DNA of 64,000 bases, from NCBI GenBank assembly GCA_951406725.2, contig OX597831.1:52204001-52268000 (forward strand), written 5' to 3'. The stretch's first letter is position 1. Every line of letters starts with the position of its first letter. The notes below the pieces were generated by a model that was given only the letters and a program-made list of their open reading frames with translations, had not been told where the DNA came from and searched no databases. Below, piece by piece: positions 11,935-25,354 of this stretch. The DNA is from Octopus vulgaris (lineage: Eukaryota). The translations under genes and the position numbers were made by a program.

Positions 11935-12183
11935 TTTTATTCTTTTATTCTTTTACTTGTTTCAGTCATTTGACTGTGGCCATGCTGGAGCACCACCTTG
12001 AGCTGTTTTATTTGAACAACTCGACCCCCAGGACATATTTTTTTAAGCCTAATACTTATTCTATTGGTCTCTTTTGCTGAACTGCTAAGTTACAGGTATG
12101 TAAACACACCAACACTGGTTGTCAAGCAGTGATGGGGTGACAAACACAGACACAAAGATACACACACATAAATACAAATGAAC

Positions 12184-12230
<47 letters not shown>

Positions 12231-12463
12231 ATCCTTATATGCATGGAAGATGGATGTTAAACAATGATGATGATGACAATAGATAATGATATTTCTATGA
12301 TGGGCTTCTTTCAGTTTCTGTCTACCACCAAATCCACTCACAAAGCTATGGTTGGCCTGAAGCTATAGTAAAAGACACTTGCCGAAGGTGCCAAGTAGTG
12401 GGACTGAGCCTGGAACCATGTACTTGGGAAGCAATCTTCTTACCACACAGCCACACCTGCACC
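11935..12463 (-). mobile_element. SINE family B
   Basis: Tail starts just after the exon B donor; full head. Confidence 0.85.
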
Positions 12464-12599
12464 TGTCCTTTTACATTTAAACTTTGCTGTCAAACATGTC
12501 TTTTGGCCTCTACCTCTATGATGCATAGATTGAATGGTTTCCTCACCACCTGAGTGGTTTTTTGTTTTTTTGATGACATTAAAGATTTTTCCATTTCGT

Positions 12600-12992
12600 T
12601 GTCACCATTACCATTGCCATCATTACCATGATGATGATGATGATGATGATAATCATGATCATGATCATCTTCATCATTATCATCATCATGCAGTTGTCAT
12701 TGTCATTCCCATCCTCCTCCCCTCCTCCTTGTCGTCGTCGTCGTCATCATCATCATCATTATCATCACTGTTATCACCATCAATGTTGCTGTTGTCATTG
12801 TCATCCTGATAATCATTCCCATCATTCTCCTCCTCCTCATCATCATCCTTATCCTCATCATCATCATTTTTGTCATTTCCATCACCACCACCACCACCAT
12901 CATTATCACCATGATGATGACGATGATGATTATCATCATCACTGTCATCATCATCATCATCATCACTGTCATCATCATCATCATCATCATCA
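12600..12992. repeat. Degenerate (CAT)n low-complexity tract
   Basis: Direct inspection. Confidence 0.9.
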
Positions 12993-13045
12993 ATATCAAA
13001 TCAATCCAAAGCTTACCAAGTCTGCTTATTGTTTTGTGTTTACAG

Positions 13046-13129
13046 GCCCAGTTTATATGCACACTTCCCAACATTAATTATTTGGGAGACACCTTAACCA
13101 GTATCAACCTTTCTTTCAATCATTTCACA
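13046..13129 (+). CDS. LRRC63: LRRC63-like gene, exon C (84 bp), first LRR
   Basis: ttttgtgtttacag acceptor, gtaagt donor; AQFICTLPNINYLGDTLTSINLSFNHFT contains LRR motif LTSINLSFN. Confidence 0.85.
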
Positions 13130-13327
13130 GTAAGTCTTGTTTTCTTTTTTCCTTCTCCTTATCTTAATCTTTCACAACTTCCATCTCCATTTCTTTTTAA
13201 ACCCCATTTCCCCAGCTTTTTGTACCTTGTTTTCCAACACCAACATTGTCAAGACTGCTTACATTTGCTTTTATTTTTTTGCCTGCTTTTCTTTTTTTTT
13301 TTTGTTATTTAAGATATTTGTTATTTA

Positions 13328-13748
13328 GGCATAGGAGTGGCTGTGTGGTAAGTAGCTTGCTTATGAACCACATGGTTCCGGGTTCAGTCCCACTGCGTGG
13401 CACCTTGGGTAAGTGTCTTCTACTAAAGCTTGGAGCCAACCAAAGCCTTGTGAGTGGATTTGGTAGACAGAAACTGAAGGAAGCCCATCGTATATACGTA
13501 TATATATATATGTGTATATGTGTGTATATATGTTTGTGTGTCTGTGTTTGTCCCCCCAACATCGCTTGACAACCGATGTTGGTATGTTTATGTCCCTGTA
13601 ACTTAGCGGTTCAGCAAAAGAGACCGATAGAATATGTACTAGGCTTACAAAGAATAAGTCCTGGGGTCGATTTGCTCGACTAAAAAGGCGGTGCTCCAGC
13701 ATGGCCACAGTAAAATGATTGAAACAAGTAAAAAGAGTAAAGAGTAAG
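13328..13748 (+). mobile_element. SINE family B, full length
   Basis: Near-consensus copy. Confidence 0.92.
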
Positions 13749-13915
13749 ATAGTAGGGTGTGATGTCAGGAAGATTCTTACTTCTATTTCTAACATTTTAA
13801 GTGACCACATAGGAGCTGTAATTGTGTGTGTGTGTGTGTGTGTGTATGTGCTTGGAAGAAACCATTATGTGTGTATGAAGCATTGCTTTGATGTTGGTTG
13901 CATTTGGGCTTTACA

Positions 13916-14125
13916 GGGTGGTGAGCAGGCAGAATTGGTAGCATTTCAAGCAAAATGCTTAGCAGCATTTCGTCTGTCCTTATGTTCTGAGTTCAAATTC
14001 TGCCAAGGTTAACTTTGCCTTTCATCCTTTTGGGGTCAATGAAATAAGTACCAGTTGAGCACTAGGGTCGATGTAATTGACTAAACCTCTCCCTCAAAAT
14101 TGCTGGCCTTGTGCTGAAAATATGA
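13916..14125 (+). mobile_element. SINE family A
   Basis: Head and core motifs. Confidence 0.85.
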
Positions 14126-14189
14126 AACCAGAATTGGACTTTATGTTTTAGCTGCAATTAAAGTCTGAATGAGAAATACCTAGAATTTT

Positions 14190-14955
14190 GGGTGGTTGGT
14201 TTATTGACCAAGTGGTTAACTGGTTTTTTATTGATTGGTTAGTTGGTTCATTTGTTAGGAGGCTGGTTTGTTGATTTGTTGGTTATTTGGTTGATTGATT
14301 GGTTGATTATCTTGATTGGTTGATTGGTTTGATTGGTTGATTTACTGGTTGGTTGATTGATTGGTTAATTGTTTGATTGGGTGATTGGTTGGTTTGTTGG
14401 TTGATTGGTTGATTGACTGGTTGGTTGATTGATTGGTTGATTGATTGGTTGATTCGTTGGTTGATTGGTTGATGGGTTGGCTGGTTGATTGAATGGTTGA
14501 TTGGTTGATTGATTGGTTGATTGACTAGTTGGTTGATTGATTGATTGTTTGGTTGATTGGTTGATTGATTGATTGATTGGTTGATTGGCTGGCTGATTGA
14601 CTGACTGATTGATTGATTGGTTTGATTGGTTGATTGACTAGTTGGTTGATTGATTGGTTGATTGTTTGATTGGTTGGTTGATTGGTTGGCTGGTTGATTG
14701 GTTGATTGATTGGTTGATTGATTGATTGATTAGTTGATTAGTTGGTTGATTGGTTGATGCTTTGGCTGGTTGATTGAATGGTTGATTGATTGATTGACTG
14801 GGTAGTTGATTGATTGATTATTTGGTTGGTTGATTGGTTGACGGTTGACTGATTGTTTGATTGGTTGGTTGATTGACTGGTTGGTTGATTGGTTGATTGA
14901 TTGGTTTATTGATTGGTTGGTTGGATGATTGTTCGGTGGTTGGTTGCTTGGTTGG
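14190..14955. repeat. Mixed (GATT)/(GGTT) tetranucleotide array
   Basis: ~760 bp of interleaved gatt/ggtt/gact units. Confidence 0.92.
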
Positions 14956-15079
14956 TGTCACCAGTCAACAGTAAAACATAGCTCAGCCTAACATTAGGCA
15001 TGACAGAAAATATCAAATACAAAACTTCAAACCTATCTAAATTTGTCTGGAACCCTTGTTCACCCTACACACCCTTACC

Positions 15080-15469
15080 GACAACTATCACCATTGTCAT
15101 CACTATCACAACCACCACCAGCACCACCACCACTACTACATATACTACTACTAACATACATACCAGTGCTACTGCAAACAAGAACTCATATACCATCACC
15201 AACATCATTGCCACTACTGCCCATGCTACTATCATTATAGCAACCGCCTTAACTGCAACCATGACCTCAACCACAATCATACCACTTTCACAAATACCTC
15301 AAACACAACCACTTCCATCACTACCACAGTTATCACCATCACCACCATCATGGCCATCATCATCGCTGCCACCACTGATACTACCGCGCCCACTACTACC
15401 ACAAGTTCTACTGCTACATTCATACTATGACCAACTAGCTATCACAACCATCACTACTACAAACCCCAT

Positions 15470-15556
<87 letters not shown>
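15080..15556. repeat. (CAC/CAT/CTA)n low complexity ending in pure (CTA)n
   Basis: Direct inspection. Confidence 0.9.
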
Positions 15557-15971
15557 ATAACCCTAAAGGTAATAAAGTAATCATGTGATGGAGTTTTGAA
15601 AGTGAAAGTAAATAAACTAAACCATAAAAATAAAAATATAGAAATGAAAGCAAAACCAAAAATTATTCTTTTTTTTTTTTGTATTCTTGGAAAAAACCCA
15701 AAGATTTTTCAGCATTGATTTTAAATGTTGTTCTTGTAGTTGGAGAAGGCAAAATACCACCAGATTTGAAGAATACTATTATTGTAACAATATTTGTGGC
15801 TCGGTGGTTAAGAAGCTAGGTCTTGTATTCAGTCCCACCATGATATCAGGTTCAATCTCAGTGCATGGCACCTTCAAATGTCTTTGTGCACCTTCTACTA
15901 TTGCTCTGGGCTGACCAAAGCATCATGGGTAGATATAGTACATGGAAACTGAAAGAAGCCTGTCATAAATA

Positions 15972-16163
15972 GGTGCAGGTATAGCTGTGTGGTGGGAAGC
16001 TTGCTTCCCAACATCATGGTTCTGGGTTCATTCCCATTGTGTGGCACCTTGAGCAGGTGTCTTCTATTATAGCCTTGAGCCTATCAACGCCTTGTGAGTG
16101 GATTTGGTAGACAGAAACTGAAAGAAGCCTATCTTCTAAATATATATATATATACATATATAT

Positions 16164-16253
<90 letters not shown>

Positions 16254-16670
16254 CCAAATCAGATTGGAGCATGGTACAGCATCCTGGCTTGCCAAGTTCT
16301 CAGTCAAACTGTCCAACCCATGGCAGCATGGAAAGCGGATGTTACACGATGATGATGATCATCATATATGTATGTGTGCATGTGTGAGTTTGTTTATGTG
16401 TTTGTGTCTTTCTGGGTATGTATTTGTGTGTATGTGTGTGTATGTATGTGGATGTTTGTGTTTTTGTGTCTGTGTTTGTCCTGCACCACTGATTGCCAAC
16501 CAGTGTTGGTGTGTTTACATCCCCGTAACTTAACAGTTTGGCAAAACAAAACCAACAGAATAAGTACCAGGCTTACAAAAACATAAGTACTGGGTCCATT
16601 CATTTAGCTAAAAGTTCTACAAGGTGGTGCCCCAGCATGGCCACATTCTAATGACTGAAACAAGTAAAAG
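15972..16670 (+). mobile_element. SINE family B with an RTE-tail repeat nested in its internal microsatellite
   Basis: Head at 15972, insert ~16252-16358, tail ends ~16670. Confidence 0.8.
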
Positions 16671-16719
16671 ATATATATACATATATATGTATATGTATAT
16701 ATATACACACACACATGCA

Positions 16720-16766
<47 letters not shown>

Positions 16767-16949
16767 TTCTGTGTGAGTTAGAGGTTGGGAAACCAACCAC
16801 CCAACTAAGGGATAGTGCCTATATCTATCCAATATACTGCTGGTAGTGTTCCCAATTATTCATGCCCAAGTGCTATTTATTGTGTAGCAATCTCGCAATT
16901 GAGTGTTATATATGGGCAGGGGTAAAAAGTGGTTCACCCTTAATTTATA

Positions 16950-17400
16950 CGGCAAATAAGAAAATGGAGAGGATGCAAAAACGACATGCATCAGTTGGTA
17001 GACATTCTAGTATGTCTATTTATTCAAAAGTATTCGAGAGTATTAGAAGAATATATACACATGTAATAACCATTTGTTACATACACATGTACCAATATTA
17101 CAGAAAAGAGCAAAAGAGCAAAAGAGCAAAAGATCAGATTGTCAGTAGGTTCTAGTTCCTTACGGCCGTTTCTGCCAAGAGGCAATGAAATCCTCCATGC
17201 CATTTCCATCTCCTCAGTGTTCTGCAGGCAGGGATGGGCAGATAAAGTTTGGATGATGAATGTGCCTCTAGGCTTCTTCAGAGGGTCTAAGTGGTTGGGA
17301 GGGATTATACATATAAGAAACAGTTAACAATAGGTACAGTGTGATTGTCTACTGGCTGAAGTATGTCATTTTTGCATCCTCTCCATTTTCTTATTTGCTA
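16950..17400. mobile_element. Inverted-repeat element (~55-bp arms) with a degenerate hammerhead motif
   Basis: gcaaataagaaaatggagaggatgcaaaaa at ~16952 is inverted at ~17369-17398; minus-strand CTGAGGA...GAAACGGCCGTA at 17161-17217. Confidence 0.7.
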
Positions 17401-17409
17401 TATATATAT

Positions 17410-18610
17410 ATATATATAAAATGTATATATGTGTAGTGTACTGTCTCCTACGATTTAGATTCCTAACTCCACCCACATTTTGCGGTGCATATTTAACCAA
17501 ATTCGGATATCTTATAGTCGGGATTCATATCGAGCCCTTCTGGGTATATACAAACACACAGAGACAGACACACATACAGAGACAGCACACACACACATAT
17601 ATATATATATATATTTAACGCATATTTTTTTCCCTCCCTCATGAAGCTGTGGAGAAGGGAGTGTAAGGAAATCAACGTCGTAAAGCGTTGTCAAGGAGAC
17701 CAGCGTTCTTTTAGAACAACGACTTCATGGCTTGAAGACACCAAAATAGAAATGGCTAAGAAAGCCCGAAAGCAAATTCTACAAAATCGGGAAACACGCT
17801 ACACAGGTTTCCCGTGCAAATAATTTGCACAACCGAATGTTATAGTTGTTGCACAACTTTTACTTTAAAAATATCCAAACACAAACTTTTGAAGGCAATA
17901 TTGTATGGCGATGGTACTTGTGAAATATGGTAATGGATTTAGTAGCCAAAAGGAGAGAGCAGAGGCATAGTATGGTGGTGGAGGCGGTGGTAGTGGCAGC
18001 GGTGGTGGCGGTGGTGCTGGTAGTGGTGATGGTGGTCGTGGTTGTGGTGGTCGTCTTGTTTGTGGTGGTGGTGGTGTTGTTGTTGTTGTTGGTGGTGGTG
18101 GTCGTGGTGGTGGGGGTGGTGATGATGGTGGTGGTGGTGGTCGTGGTGATGATGGTGGTTGTGGTGGTGGTCGTGGTGGTCTTCGTGATGGTGGCGGTGA
18201 TGGTCATGGGCGTAGTGGTGGTGGTGGTCATGGTGGTAGTGGTGATGGTGTTGGTCGTGGTGGTGGTGGTGGTGGTGGTGGTGGCTGAAGCTGTCGTCTG
18301 GGTTCTTCCAATTTTTTCGTGTGTCGGTGGCGGCGTTGGCGTTCATGCTCGCACCTGCACCTGTGTAGCTCCTCTCCTTCTTCCCTCCCTCGTGAAGCTG
18401 TAGGGAAGGCAGGGTAGGGAAATCAACGTTGTAAAGCGTTGTCAAGGAGACCAGCGTTCTTTTAGAACAACGACTTCATGGCTTGAAGTCGCCAAAACAG
18501 AAATCGCTAAAAAAGCTGAAACAGATCCACAAAAACGGCAAAAACCGCCACACGGGGCAGGTTTCCTGTGCAAACAATTTGCACAACCGAATATTTTAGT
18601 TGTTGCACAA
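17410..18610 (+). mobile_element. Helitron-family 5' segment with duplicated ~225-bp internal unit flanking a (GGT)n tract
   Basis: tctcctacgatttagattcctaact.. shared with Helitron copies; direct repeats at ~17632-17856 and ~18383-18610. Confidence 0.65.
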
Positions 18611-18611
18611 A

Positions 18612-19004
18612 TCTTTATATATAAAAGTGAAGTTGTGTGTCTGTCTCCTACGATTTAGATTCCTGACTACTCCCACATTTTGCGGTGCAGTTTAACCAAA
18701 ACCGGGTATCTTATAGTTGTGATTCATATCGAGCCCTTCTGGGTATTAGCGCACGTCTACGATGAGTCTACGATTTAAAAAAAAATTTACCATCATTTTT
18801 TCCATTTTAATGCATTTTTTCGCTATTATATAGGGAAGTAACTCTCTAAAAATGTCTAATTGAGTCAACGATTTAAAAAAAAATTACCATCATTTTTTAT
18901 TCTATTTTTAATGCATTTTTTGCTATTTTTTTGCTATAACTCTCTAAAATGCTTATATAGTTATTTCCCTTACAAACCCGAGCAACGCCGGGCGATACTG
19001 CTAG
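18612..19004 (+). mobile_element. Non-autonomous Helitron
   Basis: A|TCtttatatataaaa 5' end; 3' hairpin cccgagcaacgccggg then CTAG|T; no TSD. Confidence 0.9.
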
Positions 19005-19073
19005 TATATATATATATATATATATGTATATGTATATATGTATATATACATATGTATACACAAACACACACAA

Positions 19074-19106
<33 letters not shown>

Positions 19107-19139
19107 TATGTATATATATATACATACATATATATATAC

Positions 19140-19185
<46 letters not shown>

Positions 19186-19190
19186 GTTTT

Positions 19191-19420
19191 GGCGGCGAGC
19201 TGGCAGACACGTTAGCACGCCGGGCGAAATGCGTAGCCGTATTTCGTCTGCCGTTACGTTCTGAGTTCAAATTCCGCCGGGTCGACTTTACCTTTCATCC
19301 TTTCGGGGTCGATAAATAAAGTACCAGTTTCGCAACTGGGGTCGTTGTAATCGACTTAATTCATTTGTCTGTTCTTGTTTGTCCCCTCTATGTTTACCTC
19401 CTTGTGGGCAGTAAAGAAAT
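19191..19420 (+). mobile_element. SINE family A, young CpG-rich copy
   Basis: ggcggcgagctggcag..gttctgagttcaaattcc..; tail ttgtgggcagtaaagaaat. Confidence 0.9.
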
Positions 19421-19468
19421 ATATATATATATACATATGTATATATATATACACACACACAGAGACAG

Positions 19469-19509
<41 letters not shown>

Positions 19510-19545
19510 CATATACATATGTATATACACACACACACACACACA

Positions 19546-19600
<55 letters not shown>

Positions 19601-19704
19601 GTACACATACATACACACACACATATATATGTAAGTATATATCATCCCAGCATGGACAATGGACGCTAAATGCTGCTGTTGCTGATGATGATATGTGTGT
19701 GTGC

Positions 19705-19775
<71 letters not shown>

Positions 19776-20314
19776 TACGTGTGTATATGTGTTTGCGTGT
19801 ACTCTTGTTAAGACATCATATGATAACTGTAAAAGGACATCACTGTCATGTACTAGTGAAGTTATTCATTTGCAGTCTTCTGTGGAAAACCTATCTGACC
19901 ATGGGAGAAATATTACCTTCCTTGCAAACTGATATGGGTTGGTGGCAGGAAGGGCATCTGGACTTAGAAAATCTGACTCTACAAATTCCGTCTTGACCTA
20001 TACAAGCATGGACAAATGGATGATGAGTGATGATGATGATTATGATGATGATGAAGAATAGCAGAATGAGGATGATGAGAACGATGAGAATGATGGTAAT
20101 GGTGCTGATGCTGATGATGATAATGATAATGATGATGATGATGAAAAGCAGGAGGATGAGGATGAGGATGATAATGATGCTACTGCTGCTGATGATGATG
20201 ATGTTTAAGAACAAGAGGACAAGGAAGAGAATGATGATAATGATGTTGATGATGATGATGATGATGATGAAGAGGAGGAGGAGGAGGAGGATAATGGTAG
20301 TGGTGATGATGATG

Positions 20315-20760
20315 AAAGCGTAAGGAATGGAAACAACTGAGGTATTTCTCTTCTCACCATTCCTGGATATATTCTTGGAAAAATTTATTTTGATAGATTG
20401 ATTCCAATCTATCACATGTTCTTCCAGAAAGCCAATCCTGGTTCAAACCGGATCATAAAATGGTTGATGTGATCCTATCCTGACAACAGATCCAGGAAAA
20501 TTGTGCCGAACAACATTGTTCTCTCTACATAATTTTCTCTGATCTTGTCAAGACTTTCGATTCAATGCTACATGACAGACATCTAAAGCATTGAAGAACC
20601 TTGGATGCTTTAGATGTCTTCATTGCTTCTTAAGATCCGTCAAGGCTTTTCATGAAGATATGACAGGACAGATTAATCTACAGGGGAAACTTTTCTTCGT
20701 GCTGAGAAGACCAGACCATGGGAAAGACCTGACTGCTCACGCAATAACGATGTATTGAAT
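20315..20760 (+). mobile_element. RTE (BovB-like) LINE RT fragment
   Basis: Degraded GISLLTIPG..HVLPESQSWFK..QQIQENCAEQ motifs. Confidence 0.6.
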
Positions 20761-20905
20761 ATTAGAAAAAAAAACAAATGCTGTTAGTGATGAAACCTGA
20801 GAGCTATGATATTTGTATTTATCTATCTGACTGTCTGTCTGCCTGCCTGCCTGCCTGCCTGCCTGTCTGTCTATCTATATACTTGCCTATCTATCACTCT
20901 CACTT

Positions 20906-21046
<141 letters not shown>

Positions 21047-21946
21047 CTGTGTGTGTATAACAAAAGATGGGGTGTGTTTCTATGCAGGAAAAATATAGGC
21101 AAATTTGTTGTTGAAGATGCACCTAAATTTGGAAAACTTGGTAATTGTTTAAAATACATTTATTTACATATATACCAAACTAGTTTCAATGATATATTTT
21201 GTTTATCAATGGTAAAAGTTTAAAATTATGAATTAGAAAAACATCTTTAAAAGTTTCAATGTTGACAAATTAAAGTGTTTCAATGTCGGCAAATTAAAAT
21301 GTTCATAACAGCCAAATTTCGAATTATGAATTAGGAGGACATGTACAGAAATTTCAATGTTGACAAGTTTAAATGTTAATAGCAGTCAATAATATTAAAA
21401 TTGTACATTAATTTGCTTGAATGTACAAAGCTCATTAATGTTAGTAGTGATCGTCAAGAAATGAAAATCATCAAAGTTTCAATCAAACTGAATTAAGAGA
21501 GAAAAAACAAGGAAGAATTGAAGACAGTAAAAAAGGGAAATTTGGTTTACAGTTTCTCTGATCCTCTTTCTGTAGGAGCTTTTGCTTGTAGCAGTATGTT
21601 TTGGAATCAGGTGTATTTATAATTTTTTCTGCAAGCGGATCTGATTTTTGATTCGTTAAAATACTGGTGATGTCTTGTTTTTCCAGTGCTCAAGTTTGTC
21701 GTTCTGCCTAGTTGGTTGATTCTCTTAAAGGGTCATTTTGTTGTATTTGCTGACGTTAGGTTTTAATTGGTCTAGGGTTAGGTGACGTCAGCAACTGGTG
21801 TTTGTATGGTGATTTGGAGTTGCAGTTTTGAAACCTAGATGGAAGACTGTTACTAAAGTTTTTAAAAATTGTTTGTTGTTCCTGGTTGTTTTTTTTGTGG
21901 ACAAATTGAGTCGTTTTCATTTTCTCTTTACTGTTTTTTCTTCTTT

Positions 21947-22380
21947 CTAAAGGATATTCAGCTGTGGTTTATATTTTTTAATGAGTATGCTTTCCTTATT
22001 TAAATGGAATTGGGTTGAAGTGTTTCCGGTGCATTGATAGAGAGAGAAGATTTAATATTTTGGGTTTATGTCTACGGAGCATTGGTCTATGTGCTTGCTT
22101 ATGGAAATTTTCCTAGTCGCGGGGTCCTGGATTTGTTGTCTGTGCACCATAAGACTATCCCTTAAAGTTAAGCTAGTTTGACCTATGTAGTCCCCACCAC
22201 ACCCTCCACATTTGAGAACATAGATTAAGTTCTTTGGAGCACAGGTGAAGTGATTTTTTATGGTTAAAGTTAGACCTGACTTAAATTTGTATGTTGAGCC
22301 CTCTAAGAGGAAGTTCCGCAGTTAGGGTAGTTGCACTTTTTGACTTGTGGGGTCGTATTTTTGGTGGGTAATTTGCGCAT
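21947..22380 (-). mobile_element. Penelope-like retroelement GIY-YIG endonuclease remnant
   Basis: FTCAPKNLIYVLKCGGCGGDYIGQTSLTLRDSLMVHRQQI..SKH..NKESILIKKYKPQLN, preceded by KKCNYPNCGT; contains a stop and a frameshift. Confidence 0.88.
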
Positions 22381-22979
22381 CTGACTGGGCCAAATGCTCA
22401 CTCATCAATTTCAGCCAAATTTAGTTAATATATACTTAAACTGTCTAATGCAACATATAATATTTGTTAACAAGGAGCCATGTTAGTGTTGATTTGTGGA
22501 TTCGATCCTGGCTGGGGTTAGCTCAGCATTTTTCAGTCATTTGTCTGTATTTAAAAATTGCTGCTTCAAATCAGAGAATAAAATATTATTATATTATTAT
22601 ACAGTTGTCATACTATGAGCCTTCCATAGTAACTTTTCCTCTGTAACTTACAAAGCCTTTTGCAATTGTTTACAAATATTATATCTATGTAACATATGGT
22701 ATAATTATATACAGGGCAAATTTTAGCCATTTCTCTGCAGACTTAAAAAATGATGAACAGCCTTAATTGATTTTCAAATCTGATTAGGTTCTCATCAAAG
22801 GTGTGCACATCATTTTGACATTCTCCAGAGAAACAAGCAGCCAAACTGTTTATATACTCAACAAATGCAACAGTTACTCTATGAAGGTGCCTAATTTGCA
22901 TACTGAAAGTGTTTAACACTCTATAAATACCAGTGGTTTGTCAAAGTGAATCATAGTCTACGATAGACAGTATACAACG

Positions 22980-23214
<235 letters not shown>

Positions 23215-24067
23215 CATCATCATCATCATCATAATTTAACATCTGCTTTCCATGCTGGTATGGGTTATACAGTTCGAATGAAACTGGTAAGCTGGAGTGC
23301 TGCAGAAGGTTCCAATCTGTTTTGGCATAGTTTCTATGGCTGGATGCCCTTCCTGACACCAACCATTCCACGAGTATAGTGGATGCTTTTCACATGCCAC
23401 TGGCACAGGTGCCAGTTATGTGACACTAGCATTGGCCATGACTGCCAAATTTCACCTGCAAGTTATTGATCAGTGATGGGTTATAGTAGAAAACTTGCCT
23501 GAGAGGTACTATGCAGTGGAATGGAACTTGAGATTATGTGATTATGAAGTGAACTACATTGCCATTCAGCCATGCTGTTGCAAAGTTTTTAACCATTATT
23601 TTTTTTGACAATTTATGGTAAAGTAAAATAAAGACAATATGCTGTCATAATAGATATTATTCTGATCTATCACACCACTTCTTCCTCCATTCACACTTAA
23701 TATTAGGCCATTGCTTTTGTATATACTTAAAATAAATGAAATTAGGCAAAGATTGGTGACCTCTGTGACCTTTACAAGAAACTAAAACTGTTGCAGTTGG
23801 GGTGGTGGAGATGGTGGAAATATTTGAAAAAATTGTATTTGGTAAAGTGTTTTTTCACTTCTGTTTCAGCTGTTGTTTTTGTTGTTGCTATGGTTGCTCC
23901 TGCTGCTGCTATTGTTGTTGTTGTTGTTGTTGTTGTTGAAGATAGTGTTGGTTTTTGCAGGTTGTTGTTATTGTTGCTCATGTTCCTGTTGAGTTTATAA
24001 CTCTTTGTTGTTGCTATTTTGTCCCTGTTTATTATTTTTTTTTGCTGCTTGCTTGGGTGTTTTGTTG

Positions 24068-24309
24068 TTGATGGTGATGATGATGACGATGATGATGACG
24101 ATGATGATGACGACGACGATGATGACGATGATGATGAAGATGATGATGTTTAACTTTTGCTGTCATGAGTGATTATAAATGATTTGTCTGTGAAAAAAAT
24201 GAAACAAATTAAAAAGCAAAAAAAAGGAGTCGGTTGTCTTGTCAGTGTCCAAGACAGTAAAGTTCACTAAAATGTATTGAACAACAACAACAGCAGCAGC
24301 AACAACAGC

Positions 24310-24361
<52 letters not shown>

Positions 24362-24700
24362 ACAACAACAACAACAACAGCAACAATGACAACAGCAGCA
24401 CAGCAGCAACAACAGCAACAACAACAATAACAACAGCAACAAAAACAACAACAACAACAATAATAACAACAGCAACAACATAACAACCACCACAACCACT
24501 ATTAATAACTATAACTGCAACAATAGCAAACCGGCCACTGCCAACAACAACAACAACAACAGCAGCAGCAGTAGCAAGAACAACACTAATCACAACATGA
24601 CTATCACCTCTGATACCACCACCACAATGACAACAATAACAAGCATCACCATTATCTACTATTACAACAACTACTGCTGCTGCTGCTGCTGCTGCTGCAA
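24068..24700. repeat. (GAT)n, (CAA/CAG)n and (CTG)n trinucleotide tracts
   Basis: Direct inspection. Confidence 0.9.
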
Positions 24701-24919
24701 ATGATATGCATAAACCCGTTATCATCATCATAACCAAGATCACTTGATGTTTCTGTATATTTTAATAACCATGTTTCTAAATTACAGGCCCCCCCACACA
24801 CACACACCTACTTCTTTAACTCAACCTTCTCCTTTCTCACACCACTACCCTCTTTCCAAATTCTACCTTTTCCCCTTCTCTTTCTCTCTCTCTTTTGCTC
24901 TTTCTCTCTCTCTCTTTTG

Positions 24920-24965
<46 letters not shown>

Positions 24966-24970
24966 ATCTT

Positions 24971-25002
<32 letters not shown>

Positions 25003-25354
25003 CCCTTATTTTCTCCCACAGTCTCCCCACCTCTCTGAAGTTCCTGTCCTCCCTCTCACCACCTCTCTGCGAGGCTTACAGGGGTAAGTCCCCTATCTTC
25101 CCCTTCCTTACACACCCTGCCATCAATTTCCCACTTTGTAAGTCTCCTTCCTCTGTTCCCACAGCTATTCTTCCCCTGTAATTCTTCCTTCTCCTTCCCA
25201 CCCGTCTCACTGATCCACCCCATCTCTGCAAGTCCCCTCCTTCTCCACATTGCACCGAAGTCCACCTCCCACCCCACCTCCCCTACACCTTTTTCTATTC
25301 AATTATTTCAGTTTCTAAATCTATATTTTTTTCGGATCAGATTGTTCTTGAAGT

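Noticed and set aside
15000-15560. Thr-rich mucin-like ORF; likewise His-, Cys- and Pro-rich ORFs at 12628, 17939, 25614 and 58547
   Set aside because: Trinucleotide low-complexity DNA with no splice or domain support.
19191-19275. tRNA-like A/B boxes as real tRNA genes
   Set aside because: They are SINE heads followed by SINE core and tail.
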